From Octopus vulgaris (Eukaryota): a stretch of DNA of 64,000 nt. The notes beneath the pieces were generated by a model. It made no database searches and was not told the origin of the DNA. It saw only the letters and a program-made list of their open reading frames with translations. The position numbers and the translations under genes are program-made. Below are positions 26,576 to 39,861 of the stretch, one piece after another. Each line of letters starts with the position of its first letter. Within the stretch, counting starts at the first letter, position 1. The stretch spans positions 38,936,001-39,000,000 of the forward strand of contig OX597829.1 of the NCBI GenBank assembly GCA_951406725.2. The letters run 5' to 3'.

Positions 26576-27269
26576 GTTATTGTTGTTGTTATTTGAATCA
26601 TTAATATCATGATCAGCATCTTTACCATTAATAATCATTAGCTTCAACCTTATTATTAGCATTATCGCTGTCACCATTGTCATCATCATCATCATCACCG
26701 CCATCATCACTATTATCATCCTCATCATCAATTTCATCTTTACTATCATCGTCATCATCAGCATCATCTTAACCAACTTCATCCTTATAATCTGAAGCAG
26801 GTAACGCAGGCTGTACTTAAATGCAGTTTTCATGAAGTTAACTAACACAAATAGTATTTATTCATAATTATAGATAGTTTGCTACAGAGACCAGACATTC
26901 ATTATCCATACAGTCAGCTTAATTTATAATTAAGATTCTAGATTCAAGAAACTAAATGAATCTTTCTTAATATAGAAAGGGTTCCGCGTCAAGATTAGAA
27001 AATTAGTTACATGAAAATTGACAGGTACAGTCAGAAAATTAGACCAGAATCTGCCAGTTTTAGTAAAGTTGTAGCAACACGGAACAATAGATTAAGAGAA
27101 GAGCAAGTCAATCCGCCACCCTTAATGGGAGCTCTGATAAATTTAGATCAGCTTAAAGTATATGATAGAGCTGACCGTTATCATCATCAGTTGTCCTAAG
27201 CACAGCCAATATCATTCGTGCTTTCAGGGGCTAGTTTGCTACAATGTACAGAGACATTTGTTCAGTGTT

Positions 27270-28220
27270 CCAACTAAATGAATGCCAAGCAGGACCATTT
27301 CCCATCACACACTCAGGCTGCCAAGCATGTTCTTTGGGGGCTGAAGCCTTTGCTGTAGAAGTTGGAATATTAAGAGATATTTTACATATGTGGATAATGT
27401 CATGGTTATGATGCCAGACACATCAGAAATTGAGGTGGTTGGTACCATACTGGCAGAGTATGAGGAAATAACAGGAGCATGTATTAACTGGAACAGATCA
27501 AGTAAGTTTACAATTCAGGCAATGCCATGTAAGACAGCAGAGGCTGAGACTGGACCAAGGTGCAGGTGCTAATGTCTGATTCAGATCAGACCTTCAAGGA
27601 ATAAAACAAATCCATAAGCAATCTTGTGAAGAATGGCCAGTCTTCATCAGAAAGGAGCTAATTGAAGGTTGTTCCTAACCAGTCGGGTGGAAATGGTTAA
27701 TATCATCTGGCCGATGCCAGCGCCGCCTTGACTGGTTTCTGTGCCAGTAGCATGTAAAAAGCACCAACCAATCGTGTCCGCTGCCAGCCTCCCCTGGCAC
27801 CTGTGCCGGTGGCACGTAAAAAGCACCCACTACACTCACGGAGTGGTTGGCATTAGGAAGGGCATCAAGCTGTAGAAACACTGCCAGATCAGACTGGAAC
27901 CTGGTGCAGCCTCCTGGCTTCCCAGACCCCGGTCGAACCGTCCAACCCATGCTAGCACGGAAAACGGACGTTAAACGATGATGATAATGATGATTGTCTC
28001 AATAGAGTACTGCTGTTTGATCATTGTACCTCATCCTTGAAAATAATAGGCTAGGCTGTGGAATGGACAGGCTCCTTTAATCAGGAGATCCATCTGCTGC
28101 CAATGCACACTAGAATTCCATTGTGATCTTGGGAATCCACAGCTGATGATGGCTTCTGAGCACAGTTTCTCCAAGTCTTCAAGAATGGATCATATTCAGA
28201 ACAGTACCAAGAATGAGTGG
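27270..28220 (+). mobile_element. Tx1/L1-clade LINE RT relic, interrupted by an RTE 3' fragment at ~27705-27993
   Basis: LGLKPLL (LALEPLL-like), TYVDNVMV (YADD-like), IEVVGTILAEYEEITGACINWNRS (GAKINxxKS-like), later RRSICCQ. Confidence 0.65.
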
Positions 28221-28372
28221 TTCAGTTTTATTTACATTTGTATATCTGCTTCATTTGCTATCTTCTTTATCCTCTGATTTTTAAGTTTATATTTTACAGA
28301 TTCATTATATTTGGCTTCAATGTGCCTGTATTATTCTTCTTCTAACCTTATATTAATAACCAATTAGAATAC

Positions 28373-28725
28373 TCTCTTTTTACACTCTTTTACTTGTTTC
28401 AGTCATTTGACTGTGGCCATGCTGGAGCACCGCCTTTAGTCGAGCAAATCGACCCCGGGACTTATTCTTTGTAAGTCTAGTACTTATTTTATCAGTCTCT
28501 TTTGCCAAACCGCTAAGCGATGTTGGGGGGACAAACACGCACACACACATATACATATATATGATGGGCTTCTTTCAGTTTCCATCAACCAAATCCACTC
28601 ACAAGGCTTTGGTCGGCCCGAGGCTATAGTAGAAGACACTTACCCAAAGTGTAACGCAGTGGGACTGAACCTGGAACCATGTGGTGTGTAAGCAAGCTAC
28701 TTACCACACAGCCACTCCGGCACCT
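28373..28725 (-). mobile_element. SINE family A
   Basis: Homology to other copies; small internal deletion. Confidence 0.85.
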
Positions 28726-29076
28726 ACATAATTTTTTAATGAAGTTATTCACTAGTTTAATGATAACGTTGTTGATTTTATTCTAGCTTTGATTAGAGTA
28801 GTTGCTTTAACAGCACATGTACTAAATATAGTTTCTATGGCAATAGTTGTGATAAAGTCCAGTAAGCACATCTCTTCATTAATTTAACCTGCACATGAAT
28901 TTTACAGTCGTCATTTTTAACCTCTGGGTCAGCCCTGATCATCAAAAGAAATATTCAAATGTTATTAAGGCCATTACTATCTTGTCTTTTTTTTTTAAAG
29001 ATACAGTGCACCTAGGACAACATTATTTAACCTTTTCTAAGATAGTCAGGTGTTGCTATTTTTAGCAGATTGAATA

Positions 29077-29119
<43 letters not shown>

Positions 29120-29477
29120 GCTTAAGTTTCTAATAAAAATACCAAAACCATGCCATCTATTGTTCAATTCCAAAAGTAATATGTATGAAATGGTGTGATC
29201 TTTATTGTTAAAAGCTCTTTTATTGTTTAAAGCTCCTGATAAAATGAGTCTGTAAACTGGTTCCAATACCTATTTAAGGGATAGATGCCACAATCTTATC
29301 TCTGTAAATGTGAGATTCTGTAAGCCTTTATCAAATTAAAAGGAGGTAGGGAGATAGATAGCAGAGAGGTAAAAAGGGACCAGACAAAACATTTTAACTC
29401 TTGATACCAGCCAACCTGAGATTACCAATGTTTCTTTGAAACAAGTTTCTTTGAAACAAGTTTCTTGTTTTTAAGTG

Positions 29478-29601
29478 AAATCTTCAATTAAAATTTCATG
29501 CTAATTTAAAATCTCCAATTAAAATTTCATGCTAATTTAAAACCTTCAATTAAAATTTCAAGCTAATTGAAAACCTTCAATTAAAATTTCATGCTAATTT
29601 A
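29478..29601. repeat. 4 x 31-bp tandem repeat inside a degenerate piggyBac-type MITE (about 29395-29716)
   Basis: Unit AAA(T/C)CTTCAATTAAAATTTCATGCTAATTTA, period 31. Confidence 0.85.
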
Positions 29602-30305
29602 TGAGCCAAACATCAGCTTAATAACACCAAAGTTATTTCACAAAATTCTTCATTATTTACAAATTTAATAGAAACAAAAGTGGTGTATTTCAGCAGAAAT
29701 ATGGCAATGAACAGGTCAAGCTTTTTAGCTTTGTCCTTCTACACACTGAGTTAAAAATTCAACCAGATCAGCATTTGTTTTCATAATAAAAATATAACAC
29801 AGAAATATGACAACGGGAAATATATAGAGTAACAGAAAAGCACATTCAACGAACAGCCAAATATCATCACAGTTTTCTCAGAAACAGACTACATACAAAT
29901 TCTTTCTTCACAACTCCTGAAGCTGTTTTCTGACAGGAGTGAAGAAATTTTCATACAGCTGGAGGCTCCAATCGAAACAGGGGACCCCAAAATGATAAGG
30001 TTGAGAAACGCTGTTATAGATTATGCCTAACCGAAAACGATCACAGCCACATCATCCAAACAGACCGGGTGAAACTGGGCTTAACTGCTAGTCTATAATA
30101 ATATTGTTCAGTATCAGCAACATAAGCTGCTGGGGTAAAAATGAAAGGGGATGAAAGATGAACATGAACAGAAACAAAATGAAACAAGTACAACAACAAG
30201 GAAAGGTGAAGTCTTTAAACTGAACAGTAAATAAAGACAAGTTATAAGGAGAAAGGGAAGAAAATATATATAAAATGAAAGGAAAAAAACAATCCCTACA
30301 AGGTT

Positions 30306-30490
30306 CATCATCATCATCATCATTTAGCGTCCGCTTTCCATGCTAGCATGGGTTGGACGGTTCAACTGGGGTCTGTGAAGCCAGAAGGCTGCATCAGGTC
30401 CAGTCTGATCTGGCAGTGTTTCTACGGCTGGATGCCCTTCCTAACGCCAACCACTCCGTGAGTGTAGTGGGTGCTTTTTACGTGCCACCA
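30306..30490 (-). mobile_element. RTE 3' end fragment
   Basis: Homology to 15679-15850. Confidence 0.85.
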
Positions 30491-30508
30491 TAAAATAAAT
30501 ACCATATC

Positions 30509-31006
30509 AAAAGCACCTTTTTGATGTAAATAATTTTTGGTGTTAATATGGTCCGATTTGAATTTTTTTCTTCTACAGAAGGAAGAGCAAACCTTCTTCT
30601 ATCATACTCTCAATTTTGGTCAACTTGCGCCGCATGGTCTCAGAAGAGATAGTGTTAGTTGAAGGCTACCAAACCTGCCACATACAGACAACTTCAGCTT
30701 TATATATATAGATATATATATATATATCCACATGCACACATATAGGCAAGGTGCAGGCAAAAATTCCATACAGGAATTCCATTCGCCCAACATAAGCTAT
30801 GGACACACAAGAGGTGTAGCGGAATAATAGGAAGGTTATCAGAGAAAGGAGTGCCTGTATGTGGAAGATGCGTAGGAGCCAAAGAAACTGGATACTCAAG
30901 AAACTGATCTTCTCAAATACCTCCGAGGCTCTCTAGAGGTTGTGGCCAAATTAGTAGTTGGAGATGTACGGAGAGTGCAATAGCTAGAATACAAATGGCT
31001 TGGCTT
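30509..31006 (-). repeat. Inverted duplicate of 21635-22145
   Basis: Near-identical ORF translations at 21742+ and 30899-; same RTE/(TA)n/Helitron junction. Confidence 0.9.
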
Positions 31007-31622
31007 CACTGGATTTAAATTACTCTGCCATCGGCTTCTCTACACTTTTGATACAATGCGCTGATATCAATATTAAAATGCTAAAGGGTGTATTGTGTAC
31101 TCTCAGAGAAAACATGAAGAAACATAATTTTAAGTGTTCTTTATAAATCAGAAGCCTTCTGTCTATGTAAGAAATCATTAGAAAAATTCATGTGCTCTGG
31201 TTTTGTCTTATTACATTAAAATTGGAAAGTGTTTAAAAATAATTATTATTAAAATCTTGATATTTATTTATTCATTTTTCATACAAACAATAAAATGCCA
31301 CCAATGGGGAAGCCTTTGTGTGGTTACTCTTCCTACCAAAAATAGTAGAAATGACAGCCAAATCTCCCTCAAATTACAACCTGCCTTCTTGTAAAAAGAA
31401 CGACACTTTGGATAATCAGTTAAGTTTTGTTGCAAAGAGTGAAAAAGTATCAGAGAAAAACGATCTGACAGAATGGTGGTGTAATGTAATGTAATGTAAT
31501 GACCAGGAGAAGTGAATAAGAAATGAATAGATTAAAAGATGGAGACAGGAAATAGATGAAGTGATTGCTGTAAATAAGAGATGTAGAGAGTGAGTGAGGT
31601 GTGAGTTTTGAGAGGGAGAAAG

Positions 31623-31664
<42 letters not shown>

Positions 31665-31666
<2 letters not shown>

Positions 31667-32074
31667 TACAGGAGTGGCTATGTGGTAAGAAGCTTGCTTC
31701 CCAACTACATGGCTCTGGGTTCAGTCCCACTGCATGGCACCTTGGGCAAGTGTATTCTACTTATAGCCTTGGGCCAACCAAAAGCCTTGTGAGTGGATTT
31801 GGCAGACGGAAACTGAAAGAAACCCATTGTAAATGATATATATATATATATTTATATATATATGTATGTATTTGTTTGTGTTTGTCCCCCCACCATCACT
31901 TGACAACCGATGTTGGTGTGTTTATATCCCTGTAACTTAGCATTTCAGAAAAAGAGACCAAGAGAATAAATGCTAGGCTTACAAAGAATAAGTCCTGGGG
32001 TTGATTAGTTTGACTAAAGGTAATGCTCCAGCATGGCTGCAGTCAAGTAACTGAAACAAGTAAGAGAGTAAAAG

Positions 32075-32075
<1 letters not shown>
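31665..32075 (+). mobile_element. SINE family A, older copy
   Basis: Head, (TA)n slot and tail all present. Confidence 0.8.
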
Positions 32076-32112
<37 letters not shown>

Positions 32113-32113
<1 letters not shown>

Positions 32114-32372
32114 GAAGACATGACTCAGTAGTTAAAGAGTTGAACTCACAATCATAAGGTAATGAGTTCAATTCCTTGACCAGGCTGTGTTGTGTTCTTG
32201 AGCAAGACTCTTTATCTAACATTCCTCCAGTTCACTCAGCCATAGAAACAAGTTGTGACATCACTGATGCCAAGCTGTATTGGCCTTTGCTTTTCCCTTG
32301 GATAACAGTGGTGGCATAGAGAGGGGAGGCTGGTATGCATGGGCAATTGCAGGTCTTCCATAAATAACCTTG
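32113..32372 (+). mobile_element. SINE family C
   Basis: Reverse-complement homology to 3937-4256. Confidence 0.75.
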
Positions 32373-34244
32373 CCCAGATTTGTGTGTGGGTGTAGGGGTG
32401 TGGAATAATTTCCAGAAATCCCTGACCTGGCAGTGTCATCAGGAAACAAGATGTAGAATGATCCAAATGCACACAGAGTAATGAAACTGTTCTGCAAACA
32501 TTTGTCCAGTGCCTGAGAATTTCTGCTTTGTGTGGGACAGATCCAGCTAAAAGCTAAGTTTACTGTAAAAAATTGTTCCACTGCTTGCTTTTGGCTGAGA
32601 AGGAAAGGCAGTCTTTGCCTGTCTAGTGGCTTTGGCAAAAGAGGTTGTGTAGTGACAAGACTGAAAGGCTAAAAACAGATACCTTCCTCTTTGGCCAAGC
32701 ACTCATCACTTGAAAAAGAAAGTGAGGGTAGTAAAGGAAATGCTTTCTCTCGGCAAATTGTTTTTGGAAAGTGAATGAGGGTAGTGAGCATTGTCCGAGT
32801 GAACATGTGCTTATAGGTTGGAGGAAGACGAGAGGGTGAGGGTGAAAGTGATTGTGGTTTTATGAAGTTTTCATGAGTAACCTTCAAAAGTCCTCACTTT
32901 TAGGAAAACCATTCCTTATTTGAATTTTTTGTTTTTTGATTCTGCTATTTAATTTTTAAAAAATTTTTTATGTAACCCCCACATTATATCATCATGTACT
33001 GTTACCCCAATGTTTTTGTCAACTCTTAGTCGTTAATCAAGAAAACATAATTATCATCATCATCAACTTTATTCTTATCATCATCATAATTTTTATTATC
33101 CTTAACTTCTTCATTGTAATTATTGCAAATATCAATAATTATTGTTGCTGTTATAATTATCAGCTTCATCCCCATGGTCATAACTATTATCAACTACTTC
33201 CTTATTGTCACTTTAATTATAATTATCAACTCCATCTTTATCATACTGATAATCAACATCCTTATCACTGTTATCAATATTTAATAGTTTTATTTTTCTT
33301 TACAGTAGACTTTCACTGCATTACCAAGCAGAAACCTGCAGGTATTTACTATTTTCAGTATTCTATGTTTCAGTATTTGGCAACACATGACATCATACTA
33401 TAGATGCAACAAGTAGATGTAGACTATAGGGCCAGCATGAAGCAAGCACATCATCAGACAATAGAAAAAAAATGTATTTTAGTTTAATAGATTACTATAT
33501 ACAGGTAGTGGGTAGCGATTTTCTTCACTACTTCAGGGAGTGTCGACCCTGCCTGACACAAGTCCTGGGCTCAGCTGGCTCCAGCTGACAGTACCCAATA
33601 AGGGCCCTTCTCCAGGGTTATGGAAAGGAGACAACTTTCAAAAAAATCTAGAGTGGAGTGCCATAGGCAGTTTAGTGTTTGATTCGACATTCTTCCGGCA
33701 GTTCCTGCAACCAAGCTGGTGCCAAACGTAATGCTCTGCACTCCTTTAGACTACATCAGCAAGGTCAAGAAAGGAATCCTGGTGATTGGGCTACCCAGGA
33801 TTTTCTTACATCTAGCCCAGGCCCGCGCAAAACTGGAGAGGAAACTGGAGAGGACATGAAATGTAAAAACCAGACTGGATTATTTTATGCGCAACTCCAT
33901 TGTCTCTTGAGACAAAAGGATGCCAACACACACAAGATTACTATATACATGTCTAACTTGTATTTCTTTTACATTTCTCTAACAATGCATTTGCTCCACA
34001 GTGTTCCATGCTGGTTTTATATTTTCTATCATATTGACAATACTCTTGGGCAATAGGGTCTCAACTGGCATCCATATGACCTCTGCAAGAAATCGATTAT
34101 ATTCCTACAATACACAAAATTTCTTAATTCTTTTTTTTTTTTATACAATTCCTTATAATATTTAATTATAAAAATATAATAGGATTTTTGGAACACTGAA
34201 TGGCTCTGGGGGTTGAGTAGAATAAAAGAGGAATCAAAGGGGTC

Positions 34245-34525
34245 CATCATCATCATTTAACGTCCGCTTTCCATGCTAGCATGGGTCGGACGGTTTTGAC
34301 TGAGGGCTGGCAAACCAGACAGCCACACCAGGCTCCAATCTTGATCTAGCAGAGTTTCTACAGCTGGATGCCCTTCCTAACGCCAACCACTCCAAGAGTG
34401 TAGTGGGTGCTTTTTACGTGCCACCAGCACGGGGTCAGTCAGGCGGTACTGGCAATGACCTTGCTCGAATCTTTTTACACACGCCACTGGCACAGGTGCC
34501 AGTAAGGCGATGTTGGTAACGATCA
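34245..34525 (-). mobile_element. RTE 3' UTR fragment
   Basis: Homology to 24535-24820. Confidence 0.85.
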
Positions 34526-34777
34526 GGCAACGGTGAGAAACCACAGCTCTACATAATACATGTGAACAGTACCTAGCAGTGCTTTGTCTGTACTCTTACT
34601 TGTTTTATTTAGTCATTGGAGTGAAACCATGCTGGGGAAGCCACCTCAAAGTATGAACCCCAATACTTATTTGATAAAGTTTGGTTCCTATTCATTTATG
34701 TACCTTACAGGGACATAAATCAACACCAGTAGGGTCAAACAAACACATGCACACACATCCATGCATTCTTATAAACA

Positions 34778-34823
<46 letters not shown>

Positions 34824-34967
34824 AGTTATTAGCAATGGATTTGCAAAATAGTAATTCGTATACTGAACTGCAGTATTTGTCTTGAGAAAGCATCTCTTGT
34901 AGGCATATATTTCTGTGTTTTTTAAATTTATGCATCAATAAGAGATGCTCTCTCAAGACTAATAAGT

Positions 34968-35251
34968 ACAAATATATGGGAAATTACCACCTGTATCATC
35001 TCTTGTGAAAGGTAGAAGAGTCCAGTTTGCTGGACATTGTTGTAGAGCTGAAAACGAGGTAATTTCTACTCTTGTCCTCTGGAAGCCATCTGCTCGCAAT
35101 CCCAGAGGGAGCACACTCTCCTACCCTGATGTAATCTCCAGGTATACAGGCATCCAGTGACAGGACCTTCGTAATGCTATGATGGACCGTGAAGTCTGGC
35201 GTAACATAGTAAATTCCATTGTCTCGACCACGGTTGAACAATGATGATGAT
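34968..35251 (+). mobile_element. 3' end of a second RTE-like LINE family
   Basis: QIYGKLPPVSSLVKGRRVQFAGHCCRAENEVIS...; ends CGACCACGGTTGAACAATGATGATG; inverted relative to 50831-51375. Confidence 0.8.
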
Positions 35252-35739
35252 GAGAAGGGATTACATGGAGTAATGGCTGGCAGAATTGTTAAAGTGTTAG
35301 ATAAAATGCCCTGCAATATATTTAGTTATGATTCTTTATGTTCTGAGTTCAAATCTTGCTGAGGTTAACTTTGGCTTTCAACCTTTCAGAGTTAATAAAA
35401 AACCAGTCAAGACAATAGCATCCCCAAACTACTCCAGTAAGTTTCAGACCTTGTATCTATACTAGAAATGATTCATCTTACAACTAACACCATCACTACT
35501 TCATCTTTGATTTTAAAGTTATATAAAGCATTTTTCTAACCTTTTATCATCACTACTTAAAGTTTAGCAAGCTATTCTGTTGCAAGAATTCAGACAGTTT
35601 CTAAACTAAGGATAACTGTCACCCTTCCTCTAACCAACAACAAAGACTCTAAGATGTGTTGCATGCACTATCCTTCCCTTAACTCTTTTCAGGCTGCCCC
35701 TCATTTAACGATGCAAACATCCTGTTTTAAAATCAATAT

Positions 35740-36130
35740 ACTCTTTTTACTCTTTTACTCTTTTATTTGTTTCAGTCATTTGACTGCGGCCATGCTGGAG
35801 CACCAACTTTAGTCAAGCAAATCGACCCCGGGACTTATTCTTTGTAAGCCCAGTACTTATTCTATCGGTCTCTTTTGCCGAACCGCTAAGTGACGGGGAC
35901 ATAAACACACCAGCATCGGTTGTCAAGCAATGCTAGGGGGACAAACACAAACACACATACATATACATATATACGACAGGCTTCTTTCAGTTTCCGTCTA
36001 CCAAATCCACTCACAAGGCTTTGGTCGGCCCGAGGCTATAGTAGAAGACACTTGCCCAAGGTGCCACGCAGTGGGACTGAACCCGGAACCATGTGGTTGG
36101 TTAGCAAGCTACTTACCACACAGCCACTCC
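35740..36130 (-). mobile_element. SINE family A, near-consensus copy
   Basis: (CTCTTTTA)n tail and CpG-rich body. Confidence 0.9.
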
Positions 36131-37338
36131 ATCAAAATTCCTTACACTTTCCATCAAAATTCTAAACACTGTCTTAAAATTTTTAGAACAAGGCCACCAA
36201 CAAGTTCGAGGGAGAGGGTTAAGATTTATTTCATATTTTATGAACCCTTCAAGGATGAAAAGCAAAGCCGACCTCAGTGGAATTTGAACTCAGAATGTGA
36301 AAATGAACAAAATGCTACTTAGTATTTTGCCCAGTATGTTAACAGTTCCATCAGCTCGCTGCCCTAAACACTGACTTAATCATGACAAAATTCTTCATTA
36401 TTTTCATATATATTCTTTTTCGTTTTATCTTTTTTTTCTCACGATTGCATGTTGCTTCCCCATTTCCATATCTCCTGCTTATACTATTTTGCAACCCACC
36501 CACTTCTCCTTACCTTGTACTTAAGGGAGCTTCTTCTTGAGCACCTCATCTCCACTATCCATCTCTTTGCAGTGCCTACTGATCATTGCACCCTCACCTT
36601 ACTAAATGTGAGTAACTATGCAGCTTTTTGGCCCCCACCCCCACACACTTCTCTGCATAAAAACCTTGCCAAAGCAGACAGACACTGGAGAACAGTGCAG
36701 TCTTTGGATCCATTGGAACCTGTATAACCATCCAACCCATGCCATCATGAAATATGGATGTTAAATGATGATGATGATAAGTTGAAACAAAGGCAGTATG
36801 TTTCAACGGAAATATGGTAACAAAACGGTTACAAAAAAATAAAAGAATGAAGAACATGAAATAAAAAATATGTGTACACACATGGTTAAGGTTAAATATT
36901 TCCAGAGAATGCTCTCTCTCTCTATCTTTCTCTCTCTTTTTCTCTGGCCAGGTAACTACGGTACCTCCTCTCCAGCAAAGACTTCTGTTTTCGTCTGTCA
37001 GACGACAACTTTTCCTTATCTGACACGAGTTCCCCTCTTCAAGTGCCCCTGCCCCTCTCAAAATTCTTTGTCTTGCGAGTTACTTGATGATCCTGCCAGT
37101 TCTGGTGCCGTATAAAAAGTGTCCAGTCCACACTGTGAAGTGGTTGGCATTTTTGGAAGGGCATCCAGCTGTGAAAACCATGCCAAAACTGACCTCACCT
37201 GTGCTGATGCCACGTAAAAAGCACTCAGCCCACTCTGCTGGGTGGTTAGTGTTAGGAAGGGCACCCAGCTGTAAAAACCATGCCAAAACAGACACAGAAG
37301 TGTGGTGCAGTCTTCTGCCTGGCAGCTCCTGCCAAACC

Positions 37339-37560
37339 TATTTCTTTACTACCCACAAGGGGCTAAACACAGAGAGGACAAACAAGGACAGACAAACGGA
37401 TTAAGTCGATTATATCGACCCCAGTGCGTAACTGGTACTTAATTTATCGATCCCGAAAGGATGAAAGGCAAAGTCGACCTCGGTGGAATTTGAACTCAGA
37501 ACATAACGGCAGACGAAATACGGCTACGCATTTCGCCCGGCGTGCTAACGTTTCTGCCAG
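37339..37560 (-). mobile_element. SINE family B inserted into an RTE-tail-bearing repeat
   Basis: Flanked by CAG(C/T)TCCTG(C/T)CAAACC direct repeats. Confidence 0.85.
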
Positions 37561-37759
37561 TTCCTGTCAAACCATGCCAGCATGAAAGGAGGACACTAAA
37601 CAATGATGATGATGCTGTAACAGATTTAGTCTGTAAGCATCAATTTTTTGGAAAATTTCTTGTCTTATAGACATGTAGGTATTAGTAGTTTGTTGATGTC
37701 AGTAAACTAAATAAATAACTTTTATGATTTCTGGTTCACAGAAGTCTTAATCATTAATT

Positions 37760-38136
37760 ACTCTTTTACTTGTTTCAGTCATTTGACTGCGGCCATGCTG
37801 GAGCACCGCCTTTAGTCGAGCAAATCGACCCCGGGACTTATTCTTTGTAAACCCAGTACTTATTCTATCGGTCTTTTTTGCTGAACCGCTACGTGACGGG
37901 GACGTAAACACACCAGCATCGGTTGTCAAGCAATGCTAGGGGGACAAACACAGACACACAAACACACACACAAATACATAGGCTTCTTTCAGTTTCCGTC
38001 TACCAAATCCACTCACAAGGCATTGGTCGGCCTGGGGCTATAGCAGAAGACACTTGCCCAAGATGCCACGCAGTGGGACTGAACCCGGAACCGTGTGGTT
38101 GGTTAGCAAGCTACTTACCACACAGCCACTCCTGCA
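37760..38136 (-). mobile_element. SINE family A
   Basis: Homology to 35740-36130. Confidence 0.9.
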
Positions 38137-39229
38137 CCTTTATATCAATAATCCTTTCTACTATAGGCACAAGGCCTGAAATTTTGAGGGGAGGGGTAAC
38201 TGATGAAGTTTGAGTTATCATCTTGAACAAGATACTCATGATATCTTCCTACCTGACAATTGAGAATTCCACATTGGAACTTCAGCTATTTATATAATTC
38301 CAACATTAACACCATTTTATCTTTTACTTGTTTCAGTCATTAGATTGTGGCCATGCTTCAGCACCTTCGACAGAACTTTCAACTCCAATACATTCTTTTT
38401 TATTTAGGCTGGTACTTATTCTATCAGTTGCCTGTGCTGAACAGCTAAGTCACAAGCGTGTTGTCAAGCACTGGTGGATTAACACAAATGCAAATACACA
38501 TACATATAACAGGCTTCATTCAGTTTCCACCTACCAAATCCATTCACAAAGCTTTGGTTGGCCCAAAACTGTAGCAGAAGACACATGCCCAAGGTGCAAC
38601 ACAGTGGGATTGAACCTGGAATCATGTGGTTAAGGGGAAGATTTCTTACCACACAGACATTACTGCACCCATTGTATAAATTAATGTCAAAACATTTTCA
38701 TTTCTCTATTCAAGCTTAAACTAAATCCTAATTGTTCATCATCGTTATGATCATAACCATCACCACCACCACTACCATTCCCCACCACCTCCACCATCAC
38801 TACCACCAACACTTGTGTAGAATATTATGCATATTGTTTGCGTCAATGTGGCTGTCTGATGAAAAGGATTCAATCCAATTCATTCACGGTTCATTGGTAA
38901 TTGGTAAGAAAGGCAACTAGCTGTGAAAATACTAGTTCCAACTGTATAAACATATCAACATTTCTATAATTACCATATTTCTAACAACCACAAATATCTC
39001 AAAACCCAAACAATCATGAAAATATGAATGTGAAACAATAGCACAAGCACACACACACACACATTTATATGGTCAGAGACAGCAGTATGGTTAAAAAATT
39101 CGCTCAGAAAATACATGGTTTTAAGTTCAGTGTTGCTGAGCTGCACTTCTCTGCCATTAATTCCAAGCTGACCGATTCCTTTTGAGTGGATCTGGTACAC
39201 TGAAACCTATGAAAGTCCACCATGCATAT

Positions 39230-39343
39230 ACATGTGCTTGTGTGTGTGTGTGTGTGCGTGCGCACTTGTGTGTGTGCATGTGCGTGCTCTTGTGTGTGTG
39301 TGTGCATGTGCGTGCTCTTGTGTGTGTGTGCTTGTGTGTGTGC

Positions 39344-39377
<34 letters not shown>

Positions 39378-39436
39378 TGTGTGTGTGTGTGTGTGTGCTC
39401 TTGTGTGTGTGCTTGTGTGTGTGTGTGTGTGTGCTC

Positions 39437-39495
<59 letters not shown>

Positions 39496-39522
39496 TGTGT
39501 GTGTGTGCTTGTGTGTGTGTGC

Positions 39523-39599
<77 letters not shown>

Positions 39600-39625
39600 T
39601 GTGTGTGTGTGTGTGTGCACTTGTG
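39230..39625. repeat. (TG)n microsatellite with CT/CTCT interruptions, inside a degenerate family A-like SINE
   Basis: Visible directly; SINE-like head 39080-39225 and tail 39640-39715. Confidence 0.9.
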
Positions 39626-39806
39626 TACACATCTGCATTTGTTTTTACTCTCACTCCTAAACAACCAGTACTGATTTGCTTGTATCCCCCATAAATTAAT
39701 AGTTCAGCAAGGAAAGGAAAAAAGGAAAGAAGAGAAAATGGAGGGAGGGGGGAGAGTGACAGTCAAACAGACTGAGATATGTAGATGTGTATGTGAAGGA
39801 GAGAGT

Positions 39807-39861
<55 letters not shown>

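Noticed and set aside
29478-29601. CRISPR-like array of 31-bp repeats
   Set aside because: Units are contiguous with no spacers, in a eukaryotic MITE context
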